Part shown: piece by piece, positions 1-9,340 of the stretch
How positions within the stretch are numbered: position 1 is the stretch's first letter
Layout: every line of letters begins with the position of its first letter
Source of the DNA: Bacillota bacterium
GTDB taxonomy: Bacteria; Bacillota; Limnochordia; DTU080
Reading direction: 5' to 3'
Length of the DNA: 64,000 bases
Assembly: GCA_012838035.1 (NCBI GenBank)
Contig: DUQB01000005.1
Location: forward strand, 28,510 to 92,509
Program-made: the position numbers and the translations under genes
The notes under the pieces: generated by a model
Database searches by the model: none
Seen by the model: only the letters and a program-made list of their open reading frames with translations
Told to the model about the DNA's origin: nothing

Positions 1-309
1 TGTACGGGCCAATGGTGCTGTAATATGCAACCCGACGCGTTGACGTACCTCGCCGACAGGTATTTGCTGCAGTTCGACATGTTCGATTTGCACTTTCCCT
101 TTTACCTTGGCTCCCGGCACTTCATACAATAGCCCATTAATAGCCCACAAAAGAGCGGACTTGCCTGAATTGACCGGTCCGGTAATGGAAATGGCGCCGC
201 CGGAGGGAACCTGAAAAGAGATCTCTTTGAGCTGGTGCTTCCCTCCAATTTGCACGGACAAATCAGTAACTGAAAGGCTCAGTGCTTTTGGCGGTTCAGG
301 TAGTATCAT
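1..309 (-). CDS. ABC/ECF-type transporter ATP-binding protein; only the N-terminal part is in the window
   Basis: Reverse translation starts MILPEPPKALSLSVTDLSVQ... and contains the Walker A motif GPVNSGKS. The ATG is the complement of 307-309 and overlaps the stop of the upstream membrane-protein gene. The 3' end runs off the window. Confidence 0.6.
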   Translation of the reverse strand, partial: MILPEPPKALSLSVTDLSVQIGGKHQLKEISFQVPSGGAISITGPVNSGKSALLWAINGLLYEVPGAKVKGKVQIEHVELQQIPVGEVRQRVGLHITAPLART

Positions 310-1738
310 GAGAAAGAGCCTCCAGAGTAGCGGATAAAGGTATAGTAGACGGGATGGCGCATGGCCGGATCCGACTCATCTGCATGGCCGTGCCTTGCAG
401 TACGCCGGCCAATCCCCCCCAAAGGACGACATTTGTTGCTGTTTGCGTAGTGGTTATGCCCAGTAGTATACCGGCTACGGCGGCGGAACTGCACCAGATG
501 GCTGCCGCGGAGAGAATCTCTCTGGTACCTGGTCCGTGGGCATGCGCAGCCGTGAGAGACAACCCTAAGGAGCGCATAGCCGCCGCGGTTGCCATTTCCC
601 CGGGCACGAGCGTACGCTGAACGACTACGGCCTGCATGGCGCGCGCCGCGCTATACTGAATGACTACATAGATAAAAGCGCCTGATGCGTATAACATCCA
701 CCCGGCAAAAACGTTGTTCGGCCACAATAACGTGCCGGGCAAAGCAAACAGAATGGGTGATAGGACAGCCAAAGAGACGACGTTGTGGTGTAACCAGACG
801 AGATTCGCCCTTTTCCACAGCCAGATGCAACAGCCTACTGCAAGCACCAACAACGTCATACTCTGTAAGGTAACCGTCAGTCGGCTCGTCATAGGCGTAA
901 TGACGCCCATCAAACGATTTGCGTAGGCGGAGTCGATGATGGGCAATGCGCTTAATCCTAAGAACTCGACCGCGGCCAGAACGATCAAAACGACCAACGC
1001 GCCCTTGAGAATGTTCTGGGCGAGACGATTAAGCCGGGGTGGAATGTGCATGCCGGACGGCAACTCCGGCAACGCGCCGAATAAAGGTGGGTACGCCGGT
1101 ACACCCATGCTGTGCGTTAAACGATAAAGACTATAACGATAGAGGACCATGGCTGTTACAGTTAGTATAATCACTGTCGCTAAAGCGGGCAGCTTGTATA
1201 GTATCAGCATGACCGCCGCGCCGTCGGCCAGCAGGCGAGCCAGAAAAATGCCGAGCACATCCGTGAAATCCGTGCCGGTAGAACGGACAAACACCGCAGT
1301 AGTCCGACCGGAACGCAGTCCCAGGGAGCGGCAGGCCAGCAGCACAGGCCACCGTGGTTCTACAACTCGCAGCAATAGAATAATCCCTAATGGCAGATAG
1401 GATAACGCGATCACGACTCCCAACGCATATGGGCGCCAACCGTGATACGAGAGCGAAGCAATCGGGTTGTTGGGCAGTAGGAGGATAAAGGCCAAAGGCG
1501 CTGCCGCTGAAAGCGCAGTTGACCATTCTACCAAAGCGTATGCCGCCTTGGTGAATCGCGTGGGAAGGAGGAAGGCTATAGTTATGCCCAGAGAAACCGC
1601 CAGGATAAGTACGATGACGGCGGAACTAATCAGACCAACAAAAAAAGGCACAACCCCCACCACGTGACTCCTTTCGGGCATGATTAACCGCAGCTGCACG
1701 TAATCTCTATACGGCGCTGTTATCTCTAAGTATAGCAT
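296..1738 (-). CDS. Polytopic integral membrane protein, probably the transmembrane component of the downstream ATPase
   Basis: 480-aa ORF with more than 10 hydrophobic helices throughout. It is directly upstream of, and overlaps, an ABC ATPase gene. Which internal Met is the true start is uncertain. Confidence 0.5.
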   Translation of the reverse strand: MLYLEITAPYRDYVQLRLIMPERSHVVGVVPFFVGLISSAVIVLILAVSLGITIAFLLPTRFTKAAYALVEWSTALSAAAPLAFILLLPNNPIASLSYHGWRPYALGVVIALSYLPLGIILLLRVVEPRWPVLLACRSLGLRSGRTTAVFVRSTGTDFTDVLGIFLARLLADGAAVMLILYKLPALATVIILTVTAMVLYRYSLYRLTHSMGVPAYPPLFGALPELPSGMHIPPRLNRLAQNILKGALVVLIVLAAVEFLGLSALPIIDSAYANRLMGVITPMTSRLTVTLQSMTLLVLAVGCCIWLWKRANLVWLHHNVVSLAVLSPILFALPGTLLWPNNVFAGWMLYASGAFIYVVIQYSAARAMQAVVVQRTLVPGEMATAAAMRSLGLSLTAAHAHGPGTREILSAAAIWCSSAAVAGILLGITTTQTATNVVLWGGLAGVLQGTAMQMSRIRPCAIPSTIPLSATLEALSHDTT

Positions 1739-1949
1739 GCAGCCAAGCCTGACTGTAAATAGCTGCGTTAATAATATGTAAAGCTGCTTAATTTGCAGCT
1801 AAGAGTATTTCCGCATCCTTTGCGTGCTTTATCCCTGGCGACAGCGCTACGCTCCTGCTTCGGGCCGTGCGTGTCTCTTCCGCTATGAGCCGCACCTTGA
1901 ACGGCGTTCGCATAAATGAGAAACATGATAACCTGGCGGCAACGAACGG

Positions 1950-3386
1950 TTACTGCGGGTTGGCGGAGCTGATCTCCTGTTGCGGGGGTTCAGGTTCCGG
2001 CGCAAGTTCGAAAGGAGCGCCGGATGCGTCGTAGCCGTCTAGGCTGATAATGAAGCAACTACCTTTCCCCAAGGTGCTTTCGGCCCATACCTGTCCTCCG
2101 CTGGATTCAACGATGTGTTTCACAATAGACAAACCTAAACCTGTGCCGCCTAAGGCGCGTGAGCGGGCTTTATCCACGCGATAGAAACGTTCGAATAAGC
2201 GGTTTAAGTGTTGTGAAGGGATGCCCGGCCCGGTATCGCAAACCTTAATTTGCACGGTATTCCCTTCCGGCACCCGGTCCGCTTCGATCCATACTTTTCC
2301 GCCCGTCGGCGTGTACTTGACGGCATTATCCAGCAGGTTGATGATGGCTTGCCGCAACAGTTCGCCGTTCATTTTTACGAACAACCCTGGGCTGATCTGT
2401 TGAGAAATGGCGATCTCTTTTTCTTGGGCCAGCGGGGCAATCAATTCTAAGCACCGTTCAGCTGCTGCGGCGACCTCGATGAGTTCGACCTCAGGTTGCG
2501 CGTTGTCTTCTTCCAAATGCGATAGATCGAGCAAGTCGTTGACCAGATTGGTTAACCGCTCGGCTTCGTCATTTAACACCGTCAGGAAGTGCCGGCAGGT
2601 CTCATGATCGTCCATGGCGCCGTCAAGCAAGGTTTCCAGGTAACCTCTAATGGAGGTGATGGGGGTGCGTAACTCGTGCGATACGTTGGCGACAAACTCA
2701 GTGCGAATACGTTCCAGTTGTCTGAGCTCGGTAACGTCGTGTAATACGGCTACGGCTCCTGAACGTTTCCCACGCATATTGTGCACCGGGGCGATTTCTA
2801 CCTGGAAGTGCCGCGGCGGTACGTCGAAGGTTTCGAACTCCAAGGTGGTGGCTAAGCCGGTGGTCATGGTAGATTGCATGATGTACGCAAGCTGATGATG
2901 GCGAATGACCTCCAGAACGCTTCTGCCTACGACATCTTCTGCTTTGACCTGAAACAGACGTTCGGCAGCCGGATTGATGAGGGCGACACGGCCGGTTTTT
3001 CCCGTAGTGATGACTGCATCGCGCATACTGGTAAACACCGCGCCTAAGCGATCACGGTCGTGTTCCAGCTTGCCGAGCTCTTCGCGTATGCGGCTGACCA
3101 TTTCGTCCAGAGCGGTTGCCAACCGCGCCAACTCAACGCCGGGAGCCGTGGACAAGCCGGGCAGATTGCCTTCAGGCAATTGCTTAACGGCCTCTCGCAG
3201 ACGAATGAGGGAATTGATGATCGCCTTAGTGCGCCGGGCGATTTGCCAAATGAAGTAGCCTGTAAGTATGGCCGTCGGCAACGCCATTTCCCATAAACCA
3301 AGGGCTATCAGCACACCGGTGAGCAAGCCGGCGCCGGCTATTCCTATCGCCGTCGGTATCGCCGGTAGGAAGTTGGGTTCACGCAT
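1950..3386 (-). CDS. Sensor histidine kinase, PhoR-like (2 N-terminal TM helices, HAMP, PAS, HisKA, HATPase_c)
   Basis: H-box FVANVSHELRTPITSIRGYLETLLDGAM, N/G boxes DNAVKYTP...GGTGLGLSIVK, and two N-terminal TM helices. It overlaps the upstream response regulator gene by 8 nt. Confidence 0.8.
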   Translation of the reverse strand: MREPNFLPAIPTAIGIAGAGLLTGVLIALGLWEMALPTAILTGYFIWQIARRTKAIINSLIRLREAVKQLPEGNLPGLSTAPGVELARLATALDEMVSRIREELGKLEHDRDRLGAVFTSMRDAVITTGKTGRVALINPAAERLFQVKAEDVVGRSVLEVIRHHQLAYIMQSTMTTGLATTLEFETFDVPPRHFQVEIAPVHNMRGKRSGAVAVLHDVTELRQLERIRTEFVANVSHELRTPITSIRGYLETLLDGAMDDHETCRHFLTVLNDEAERLTNLVNDLLDLSHLEEDNAQPEVELIEVAAAAERCLELIAPLAQEKEIAISQQISPGLFVKMNGELLRQAIINLLDNAVKYTPTGGKVWIEADRVPEGNTVQIKVCDTGPGIPSQHLNRLFERFYRVDKARSRALGGTGLGLSIVKHIVESSGGQVWAESTLGKGSCFIISLDGYDASGAPFELAPEPEPPQQEISSANPQ

Positions 3387-4074
3387 CCTGTGTACTTTGC
3401 TCCTTAAATTTGTACCCTAAACCGTGCACTGTTTCAATATAGCGCGGGTTTGTGGGGTCGTCATTGATTTTCTGGCGTAGACGGCGAATATGCACATCAA
3501 GCGTGCGGGTGGCTCCCGCAAAAGCATAGCCCCATACTTTCTCGAGCAGGAAATCGCGCTCGAGCACTTTGCCCGGGCTTTCCGCCAGTATTTTGAGCAG
3601 ATCGAACTCTTTGGGCGTAAGGTCGACCTGAACGCCGGCTACTTTTACTTCATGGCGTTCCGTATCAATGACGAGATCGCCGGCGGCCAACAACTCTTCT
3701 TCCTGCCATGTAGGCGAACGGCGCAGTACGGCACGCACTCGGGCGAGCAGCTCACGCGGGCTAAAAGGTTTGACCACGTAGTCGTCGGCTCCGATGTCCA
3801 AACCTTTCACTCGATCGCGTTCTTCCGTTCTGGCGGTAAGCATAATGACCGGAACTGAGCTTTCCGCTCTGATCTGCCGACAAACCTCATAACCATCAGG
3901 ATCGGGTATCATCAGATCGAGTATCACTAGGTCCGGCTTTTCCGCCCTAAACACGGACAAAGCAGCGTTGCCGTCGGATGCGGTAAGAACGTCGTAGCCT
4001 TCTTTGCGCAAGTTAAAAGAGACTAACTCAAGAATTGCGGGTTCATCATCTACTACAAGCACTCGCTGCGCCAT
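3379..4074 (-). CDS. OmpR/PhoB-family response regulator (REC plus winged-helix domain)
   Basis: MAQRVLVVDDEPAILELV...DLVILDLMIPD...LTAR, with a C-terminal trans_reg_C region YIETVHGLGYKF. Cognate kinase gene follows it in the transcription direction, overlapping by 8 nt. Confidence 0.85.
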   Translation of the reverse strand: MAQRVLVVDDEPAILELVSFNLRKEGYDVLTASDGNAALSVFRAEKPDLVILDLMIPDPDGYEVCRQIRAESSVPVIMLTARTEERDRVKGLDIGADDYVVKPFSPRELLARVRAVLRRSPTWQEEELLAAGDLVIDTERHEVKVAGVQVDLTPKEFDLLKILAESPGKVLERDFLLEKVWGYAFAGATRTLDVHIRRLRQKINDDPTNPRYIETVHGLGYKFKEQSTQDA

Positions 4075-4278
4075 ATGAGCGCACCTCCTAATTAAACCCT
4101 ATAATGGTACTAAGTGATGGTACTTGCGAGGTGATAACGATCTTTGATATGGTTACTTCGCCGTCGGGTGCCTTTCATCCTACGAGGCGAACGTGTTAAA
4201 GCAAGATATTGTTGCGCCATAGGTCGAGAATAACCGAACACGGTGTAAATGACGGTGGTATGTGGGGGATTATAAGGT

Positions 4279-5640
4279 ATGCTTACGCATCCGGTCATAT
4301 TGTACGGTAAAAAAGAGAGTTCTGGGCCCTCGAAAAGGTTGCGCGTAGCCTTTACCACACTGGGATGCAAAGTCAACGTATATGATACGGAAATGGCGGC
4401 CGAGCAGTTTCGGCGGGCTGGGTATCAGGTAGTGGATTTCGACCAGCCGGCTGATGTGTACGTGATTAACACGTGCAGCGTTACGAATATGGGTGCCCGC
4501 AAGTCGCGGCAGATGATTCGGCGCGCCGTGAATTCGCACCCGGAGGCTGTGATTGTGGCCATGGGATGTTATAGCCAGTATGCCCCTGATGAAGTAGAAG
4601 CGATCGCAGGCGTTGATGTGTTGCTTGGCACCCAAGGCAGAAAACATATCGTAGAGTTGGTTGAGGCGGCCCGACAGAATAAACGCCGAGTGAATGCGGT
4701 GGGTACAATTATGGCGGAGCGGCAGTTCGAAGAGCTGGACGCGTTGCACTTTGAGGGACGGACGCGCGCGGTTTTGAAGGTACAGGACGGGTGCAACGAG
4801 TTTTGTTCGTACTGTCAAATTCCCTGGGCGCGCGGTCGCAATCGCAGTCGTCTGCCCGAACGAGTAATAGAACAGGTTCGAGGTTTGGTACGACAGGGTT
4901 TTCCCGAGATCGTACTCACCGGCGTGCACGTGGGTACCTATGGGGAGGATTTATCGCCAAAAACGTCATTGGCCGCATTGTTGCGGGAAGTGGCGCAGAT
5001 ACCCGGGGTGGAACGTCTCAGACTCTCGTCTATTGATCCGCATGAAGTGACCGACGAGTTGATTGAGGTCATGTCGGCCAACGCCAGTATCTGTCATCAC
5101 CTGCATATTCCGGCCCAATCCGGCGAGGACGGCGTTCTAGCGGCCATGCGGCGGCGTAATACCGTGCAGGAATACCGCAAGCTCGTTGCCCAACTCAGGC
5201 GTGAAATACCTGATATTGCCATCACCACGGATATCATCGCCGGCTTTCCGGGAGAAAGCGAGGAGAGCTTTCAGCAGACGCTCGCCTTTTGTCGAGAGAT
5301 GAAGTTCAACAAGATCCATGCATTTCCTTACTCTCGTAGGAAAGGTACCAAAGCGGATGCGATGCCCGGCCATCTGCCGCGGCAGGTAAAGCAGGAGCGG
5401 GCGCGTCGCCTGATCGCATTAAGCGATGAACTGGCCCTTGAACATCACCAGGCTTTGTTGGATCAGACAGTAACCGTATTGGTAGAACAACCCTCCGACT
5501 ATGCGTCGAAGTACGTGCAAGGGTTAACCGATACATATGTACGGGTACACCTGCCCGGTGACGGCCTGGAACCCGGAGATTTCGTGCAAGTCCGAATTGT
5601 GGCGGCCATGGTAGAGTCTGTTGTTGCCGTTATTTTATAG
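4279..5640 (+). CDS. mtaB: MiaB-like radical-SAM tRNA methylthiotransferase (MtaB/YqeV type), with a C-terminal TRAM domain
   Basis: N-terminal MTTase domain (VAFTTLGCKVNVYDTE), radical SAM CxxxCxxC (CNEFCSYCQIP) and a TRAM C-terminus. Its position next to hit and rpsU matches the B. subtilis yqeV neighbourhood. Confidence 0.75.
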   Translation: MLTHPVILYGKKESSGPSKRLRVAFTTLGCKVNVYDTEMAAEQFRRAGYQVVDFDQPADVYVINTCSVTNMGARKSRQMIRRAVNSHPEAVIVAMGCYSQYAPDEVEAIAGVDVLLGTQGRKHIVELVEAARQNKRRVNAVGTIMAERQFEELDALHFEGRTRAVLKVQDGCNEFCSYCQIPWARGRNRSRLPERVIEQVRGLVRQGFPEIVLTGVHVGTYGEDLSPKTSLAALLREVAQIPGVERLRLSSIDPHEVTDELIEVMSANASICHHLHIPAQSGEDGVLAAMRRRNTVQEYRKLVAQLRREIPDIAITTDIIAGFPGESEESFQQTLAFCREMKFNKIHAFPYSRRKGTKADAMPGHLPRQVKQERARRLIALSDELALEHHQALLDQTVTVLVEQPSDYASKYVQGLTDTYVRVHLPGDGLEPGDFVQVRIVAAMVESVVAVIL

Positions 5641-5765
5641 AAATTCGCTTTCTGTCCGTGATTTAGGAAGGAAGGCACACTTAGGCGTCGAATATATGCC
5701 GGTACCTTTGTTAGGTGGTCATAATAGGGAACCCCTATCATAGGATGTGAGGTGGGCGAATTTCT

Positions 5766-6113
5766 ATGGCGCAGGATTGTCTGTTTTGTAAAATAGCAGC
5801 GAAACAAATACCCAGTCAGGTCGTCTATGAGGATGAGCAAATCGTTGCCTTCCGCGATATTCAGCCACAGGCGCCTGTACATGTGGTCATTATTCCGCGA
5901 CGGCACATCGCCTCGCTTGAGGCTGCTGAAGATACGGACGTCGAACTGCTCGGTCGCATCGCGTACACGGCGAAGATAGTAGCTGAGCAGCTTGGTATAG
6001 CGACAACCGGTTACCGGGTTGTGAACAACTGCGGAACTCATGGGCAACAGACCATTCAGCATATTCACTTCCATCTGCTGGGCGGACGTCAGCTGAGTTG
6101 GCCTCCAGGTTGA
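5766..6113 (+). CDS. HIT-family (histidine triad) nucleotide hydrolase
   Basis: 115 aa with the HIT motif HIHFHLLGG near the C-terminus. Confidence 0.8.
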   Translation: MAQDCLFCKIAAKQIPSQVVYEDEQIVAFRDIQPQAPVHVVIIPRRHIASLEAAEDTDVELLGRIAYTAKIVAEQLGIATTGYRVVNNCGTHGQQTIQHIHFHLLGGRQLSWPPG

Positions 6114-6230
6114 TTATGATTGACCCATATGGGCTCATGGGTGTAAACTCATTGTGTTTACCAGTGCAACACGGTGCGGAAGACAGGTTGTTGCAAACGC
6201 AACACCTGGCGCGAAAGGAGGGATTTTACA

Positions 6231-6422
6231 GTGGCAGAGGTTCGAGTTGGCAAGAACGAATCCCTTGATCGCGCTCTGCGACGCTTTAAACAGAGTTGTC
6301 GTAGGTCCGGCGTGCTTGCTGACGCACGCAAGCATGAAGTCTATGAAAAACCTAGCGTAAGACGGAAGAAGAAGTCCGAGGCGGCACGGAAACGTGCTAA
6401 TCGGATTCGTAGATCCGTTTAA
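6231..6422 (+). CDS. rpsU: 30S ribosomal protein S21
   Basis: GTG start preceded by AAAGGAGGG. Sequence [23 protein letters not shown]...KRANRIRRS, with the typical basic C-terminal tail. Confidence 0.85.
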   Translation: MAEVRVGKNESLDRALRRFKQSCRRSGVLADARKHEVYEKPSVRRKKKSEAARKRANRIRRSV

Positions 6423-6436
6423 GAACCGAACACATC

Positions 6437-6467
6437 GGCCGCTCTTCGGAGCGGTCTTTCTTTTTTG
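6437..6467 (+). terminator. Rho-independent terminator downstream of rpsU
   Basis: GGCCGCTC-TTCG-GAGCGGTC hairpin followed by TTTCTTTTTTG. Confidence 0.75.
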
Positions 6468-6545
6468 TCGCCCACACGGTCAGGCGTTATGTCGCAGTAT
6501 GCGCCGGCATAGAGTAATGATGGATGTGCGCCTGAAGAGGTGGTC

Positions 6546-6833
6546 ATGATGGTCGTGCGCAGGACTTGGCACTCGCTGAAGGAGCAATTTGTACGATGTT
6601 TGGAGTTACCTCAGGATACGCTCTTGGATTTGCCCAAAGTTACGTTGATCGGTGCCAGACAACTGCAGGTCGAAAACCATCGCGGCGTGTTGGAGTACAA
6701 CACGCACAAGATTAGGATAAACACCACACAGGGCGAACTAGTGGTGGATGGAGCGCGTTTACGCATCACCGGCATCTTTTTACAGGAAATGGTCATTGAC
6801 GGCCGGATCAACAGCGTAGGTTTCATCAGGTAG
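6546..6833 (+). CDS. yqfC: Sporulation protein YqfC
   Basis: Roughly 95 aa, ...LELPQDTLLDLPKVTLIGARQLQVENHRGVLEYNTHKIRINT..., matching the YqfC family. It is directly upstream of yqfD. The ORF track starts at GTG 6540; ATG 6546 has better SD spacing. Confidence 0.8.
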   Translation: MMVVRRTWHSLKEQFVRCLELPQDTLLDLPKVTLIGARQLQVENHRGVLEYNTHKIRINTTQGELVVDGARLRITGIFLQEMVIDGRINSVGFIR

Positions 6834-6849
6834 AAGAAGGAGTGCGTCT

Positions 6850-8124
6850 TTGGCAGGGTGGTCGCGGAGCATATGCGGAACCGTAATCATTATGGTGCAA
6901 GGGCCGCGTCCCGAACGTTTTCTCAATAGCGCCGTCGAAGCGCGCTATGTATTGCGCCAGGTACGACGTGTCGCGCCGGACATATTGGTGGCCGCCATCC
7001 CTGCGCCGGCTTTTCGTAAGCTGCGCATTTTGGCGCGCAATGGCGGCTGGAAGATATCGGTGGTCCAGCGCTTCGGCTGGCCGTTTTTTCTGCGGAAATT
7101 GCTGCGGCGGCGCGGCTTCGTAGTCGGCGCGGTTCTCTGCTTGCTGGTAATCTACGCTCTTTCCGGGCATATTTGGTTCATTAGCGTTAGTGGCGCCGTG
7201 GTAGTGCCGCAGGAGCAGATCCTGGCGGTCGCACGCGAACATGGTTTGCGGATGGGCGTGCCAAAAAGCAAAGTGGCGCAAAAGTCTTTGGAAAGGCAAA
7301 TACTGTTGGCCATCGATCGTTTGGCTTGGGTTAATGTGGAAGTGAGCGGAACGCTCGCTACCATTCGTGTTGCCGAAAAGGAGATTCCGGAAGCGGCCCT
7401 GACTCAGCCGGGTGATGTTGTAGCTCGCTGCGACGGAGTCGTACAAGAGATAGTGACTCTGTACGGGATACCCGTAGTGGCTCCGGGTGAAGTCGTTACC
7501 GCAGGGCAGTTGCTCATCAGCGGGTTGCTGCCGGTTCAGGACAAGGCTTACCACGACAAGGCGGCAAAAGGAGAGCCGCCTTACATCCGTGCGCATGGCG
7601 TGGTCACCGCACGTGTTTGGCACGAAGCCGTTGCTGAGGCCGGATTGTTAGTGCGGCATGAAGTGCCGACGGGAAAATCAAGCAGACGTTTACACTGGCA
7701 ATGGGGGGCGCATCAGGGCGTTTGGGGAGCAGAGGCGGACTTTACTCATTACCGCGAGCGGACCGTTTCTTGGCAGCCCGGATGGGGGAGTTGGCGCTTA
7801 CCGCTGCGTATAATATGGGAAACTCGTCATGAAGTACAGGTAAACGCTGTGGAAGTGAATGCGGACGAAGCAACCGCAAATGCATTGAGCGCCGCTTGGG
7901 AACAGGTCCAAGCGCAGTTACCGCCAGGAGCGGTTGTTGATAAGCCGGCTCACATCCAAATGGAGACTGTGGAGGATAGTGCGGAAGCTTATGTGCGTGT
8001 CCATATCGTTGTGGAAGCCATTGAGGATATCCATCAATTTCAGCCCATAACGGAATCAGCCGCCTATATTGCTCAACCTACGGTGAGTCGGTCGTCCAGG
8101 TTGCAACCCATTCCAGGTCCTTAG
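6850..8124 (+). CDS. yqfD: Stage IV sporulation protein YqfD
   Basis: TTG start 7 nt after GAAGAAGGAG. N-terminus ...RPERFLNSAVEARYVLRQV, a central TM helix and a YqfD-type C-terminal domain. Conserved yqfC-yqfD pair. Confidence 0.8.
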   Translation: MAGWSRSICGTVIIMVQGPRPERFLNSAVEARYVLRQVRRVAPDILVAAIPAPAFRKLRILARNGGWKISVVQRFGWPFFLRKLLRRRGFVVGAVLCLLVIYALSGHIWFISVSGAVVVPQEQILAVAREHGLRMGVPKSKVAQKSLERQILLAIDRLAWVNVEVSGTLATIRVAEKEIPEAALTQPGDVVARCDGVVQEIVTLYGIPVVAPGEVVTAGQLLISGLLPVQDKAYHDKAAKGEPPYIRAHGVVTARVWHEAVAEAGLLVRHEVPTGKSSRRLHWQWGAHQGVWGAEADFTHYRERTVSWQPGWGSWRLPLRIIWETRHEVQVNAVEVNADEATANALSAAWEQVQAQLPPGAVVDKPAHIQMETVEDSAEAYVRVHIVVEAIEDIHQFQPITESAAYIAQPTVSRSSRLQPIPGP

Positions 8125-8211
8125 GAGACAGATGGCTATGCCTTACTGCTCGGATGGTGTAAAATGAGGCCAAGGCCGCATATCTGCCGTATTGACATAG
8201 GAGTCGGCCAT

Positions 8212-8239
8212 TTGATGCCGAACGGTCTTTCTGTAATAT
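8212..8239 (+). promoter_or_regulatory. Candidate sigma-A-type promoter upstream of phoH
   Basis: TTGATG - 16 nt - TAATAT, with TG immediately upstream of the -10. Confidence 0.4.
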
Positions 8240-8333
8240 CGGCCTGATGGAGCATTAACGCAAGTAATGGGCCGACGTCCGCTCCTCCTTTTGTGAGTAT
8301 AAGCGCATATCGGCCTCATATTAGCCTCTGAAA

Positions 8334-9320
8334 GTGAGGGACAGGCACCTGGTGCAGAGTCAGTTTACGGTTGATCAGAACGTCTCGTTGTTCGGCTTGT
8401 ACGGTCAGCGTGATGAAAACCTACATTTAATCGAAGACGAGTTGGGCGTGCGCATCGTTGCCCGCGGTAATGAGCTGGTGATCAGCGGTACTGCGGAAGC
8501 TGTGAAAAGAGCGGAAGGCGTATTACACGACCTGGAAGCCATATGCCGCAAAAAACAATATATTACTTCTCAGGAGGTACGCTCTGCGGTGCACCTGGCC
8601 GGCAACGGCAATACGAAGCTGGCGGCAGTGCAATCGGATGTGGTTGCCATGACCGCCCGGGGTAAACAGATTTTTGCCAAAACGTTGGGCCAAAAGCTGT
8701 ATGTGGACGCCATACGGCGCAATGGGATCGTATTCGGCATAGGTCCTGCCGGTACTGGTAAGACCTACTTGGCCATGGCCATGGCGGTAACCGCCCTGAA
8801 AAATAAGGAAGTGGCCAGACTGGTGCTTACTCGCCCAGCGGTTGAAGCAGGGGAAAAACTGGGTTTTCTGCCCGGTGATCTCCAAGATAAGGTTGATCCA
8901 TACTTGCGTCCGCTTTATGACGCACTCTATGACATAATGGGCGTGGAAGTGTTTCAAAGGCACGTGGAACGAGGCTTAATCGAGGTGGCGCCGTTGGCGT
9001 ATATGCGAGGCCGCACGCTCGACGACGCTTTTATCATCCTTGATGAAGCGCAAAATACCACGCCGGAACAGATGAAGATGTTCCTCACGCGCATGGGCTT
9101 TGGTTCCAAAATCGTGGTCACAGGCGATATTACGCAGGTGGACTTGCCGGAAGGCCAGTATTCCGGGTTAACCGAAGTCCAAAAGGTACTGGCGGACGTA
9201 CCGGGTATCGCCTTTGTGTATCTGGATGAAAAAGATGTGGTCAGGCACGAGCTGGTACAACGCATTATTATGGCTTATGAGAAATTTCACGCTCGTAGGG
9301 GGCACGAGCAGGATTCGTAA
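8334..9320 (+). CDS. phoH: PhoH-family ATPase (N-terminal KH-like domain plus P-loop NTPase)
   Basis: Walker A GPAGTGKTYLAMAMAV. Conserved position between yqfD and the 7TM-HD gene. The start may be GTG 8352 rather than 8334. Confidence 0.85.
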   Translation: MRDRHLVQSQFTVDQNVSLFGLYGQRDENLHLIEDELGVRIVARGNELVISGTAEAVKRAEGVLHDLEAICRKKQYITSQEVRSAVHLAGNGNTKLAAVQSDVVAMTARGKQIFAKTLGQKLYVDAIRRNGIVFGIGPAGTGKTYLAMAMAVTALKNKEVARLVLTRPAVEAGEKLGFLPGDLQDKVDPYLRPLYDALYDIMGVEVFQRHVERGLIEVAPLAYMRGRTLDDAFIILDEAQNTTPEQMKMFLTRMGFGSKIVVTGDITQVDLPEGQYSGLTEVQKVLADVPGIAFVYLDEKDVVRHELVQRIIMAYEKFHARRGHEQDS

Positions 9321-9340
9321 GCCGTTGCTTGGGGGGATGA

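Noticed and set aside
6826-7623. 265-aa minus-strand ORF antisense to yqfD
   Set aside because: Entirely inside the well-supported yqfD gene, with junk-like composition. It is a GC-driven antisense ORF.
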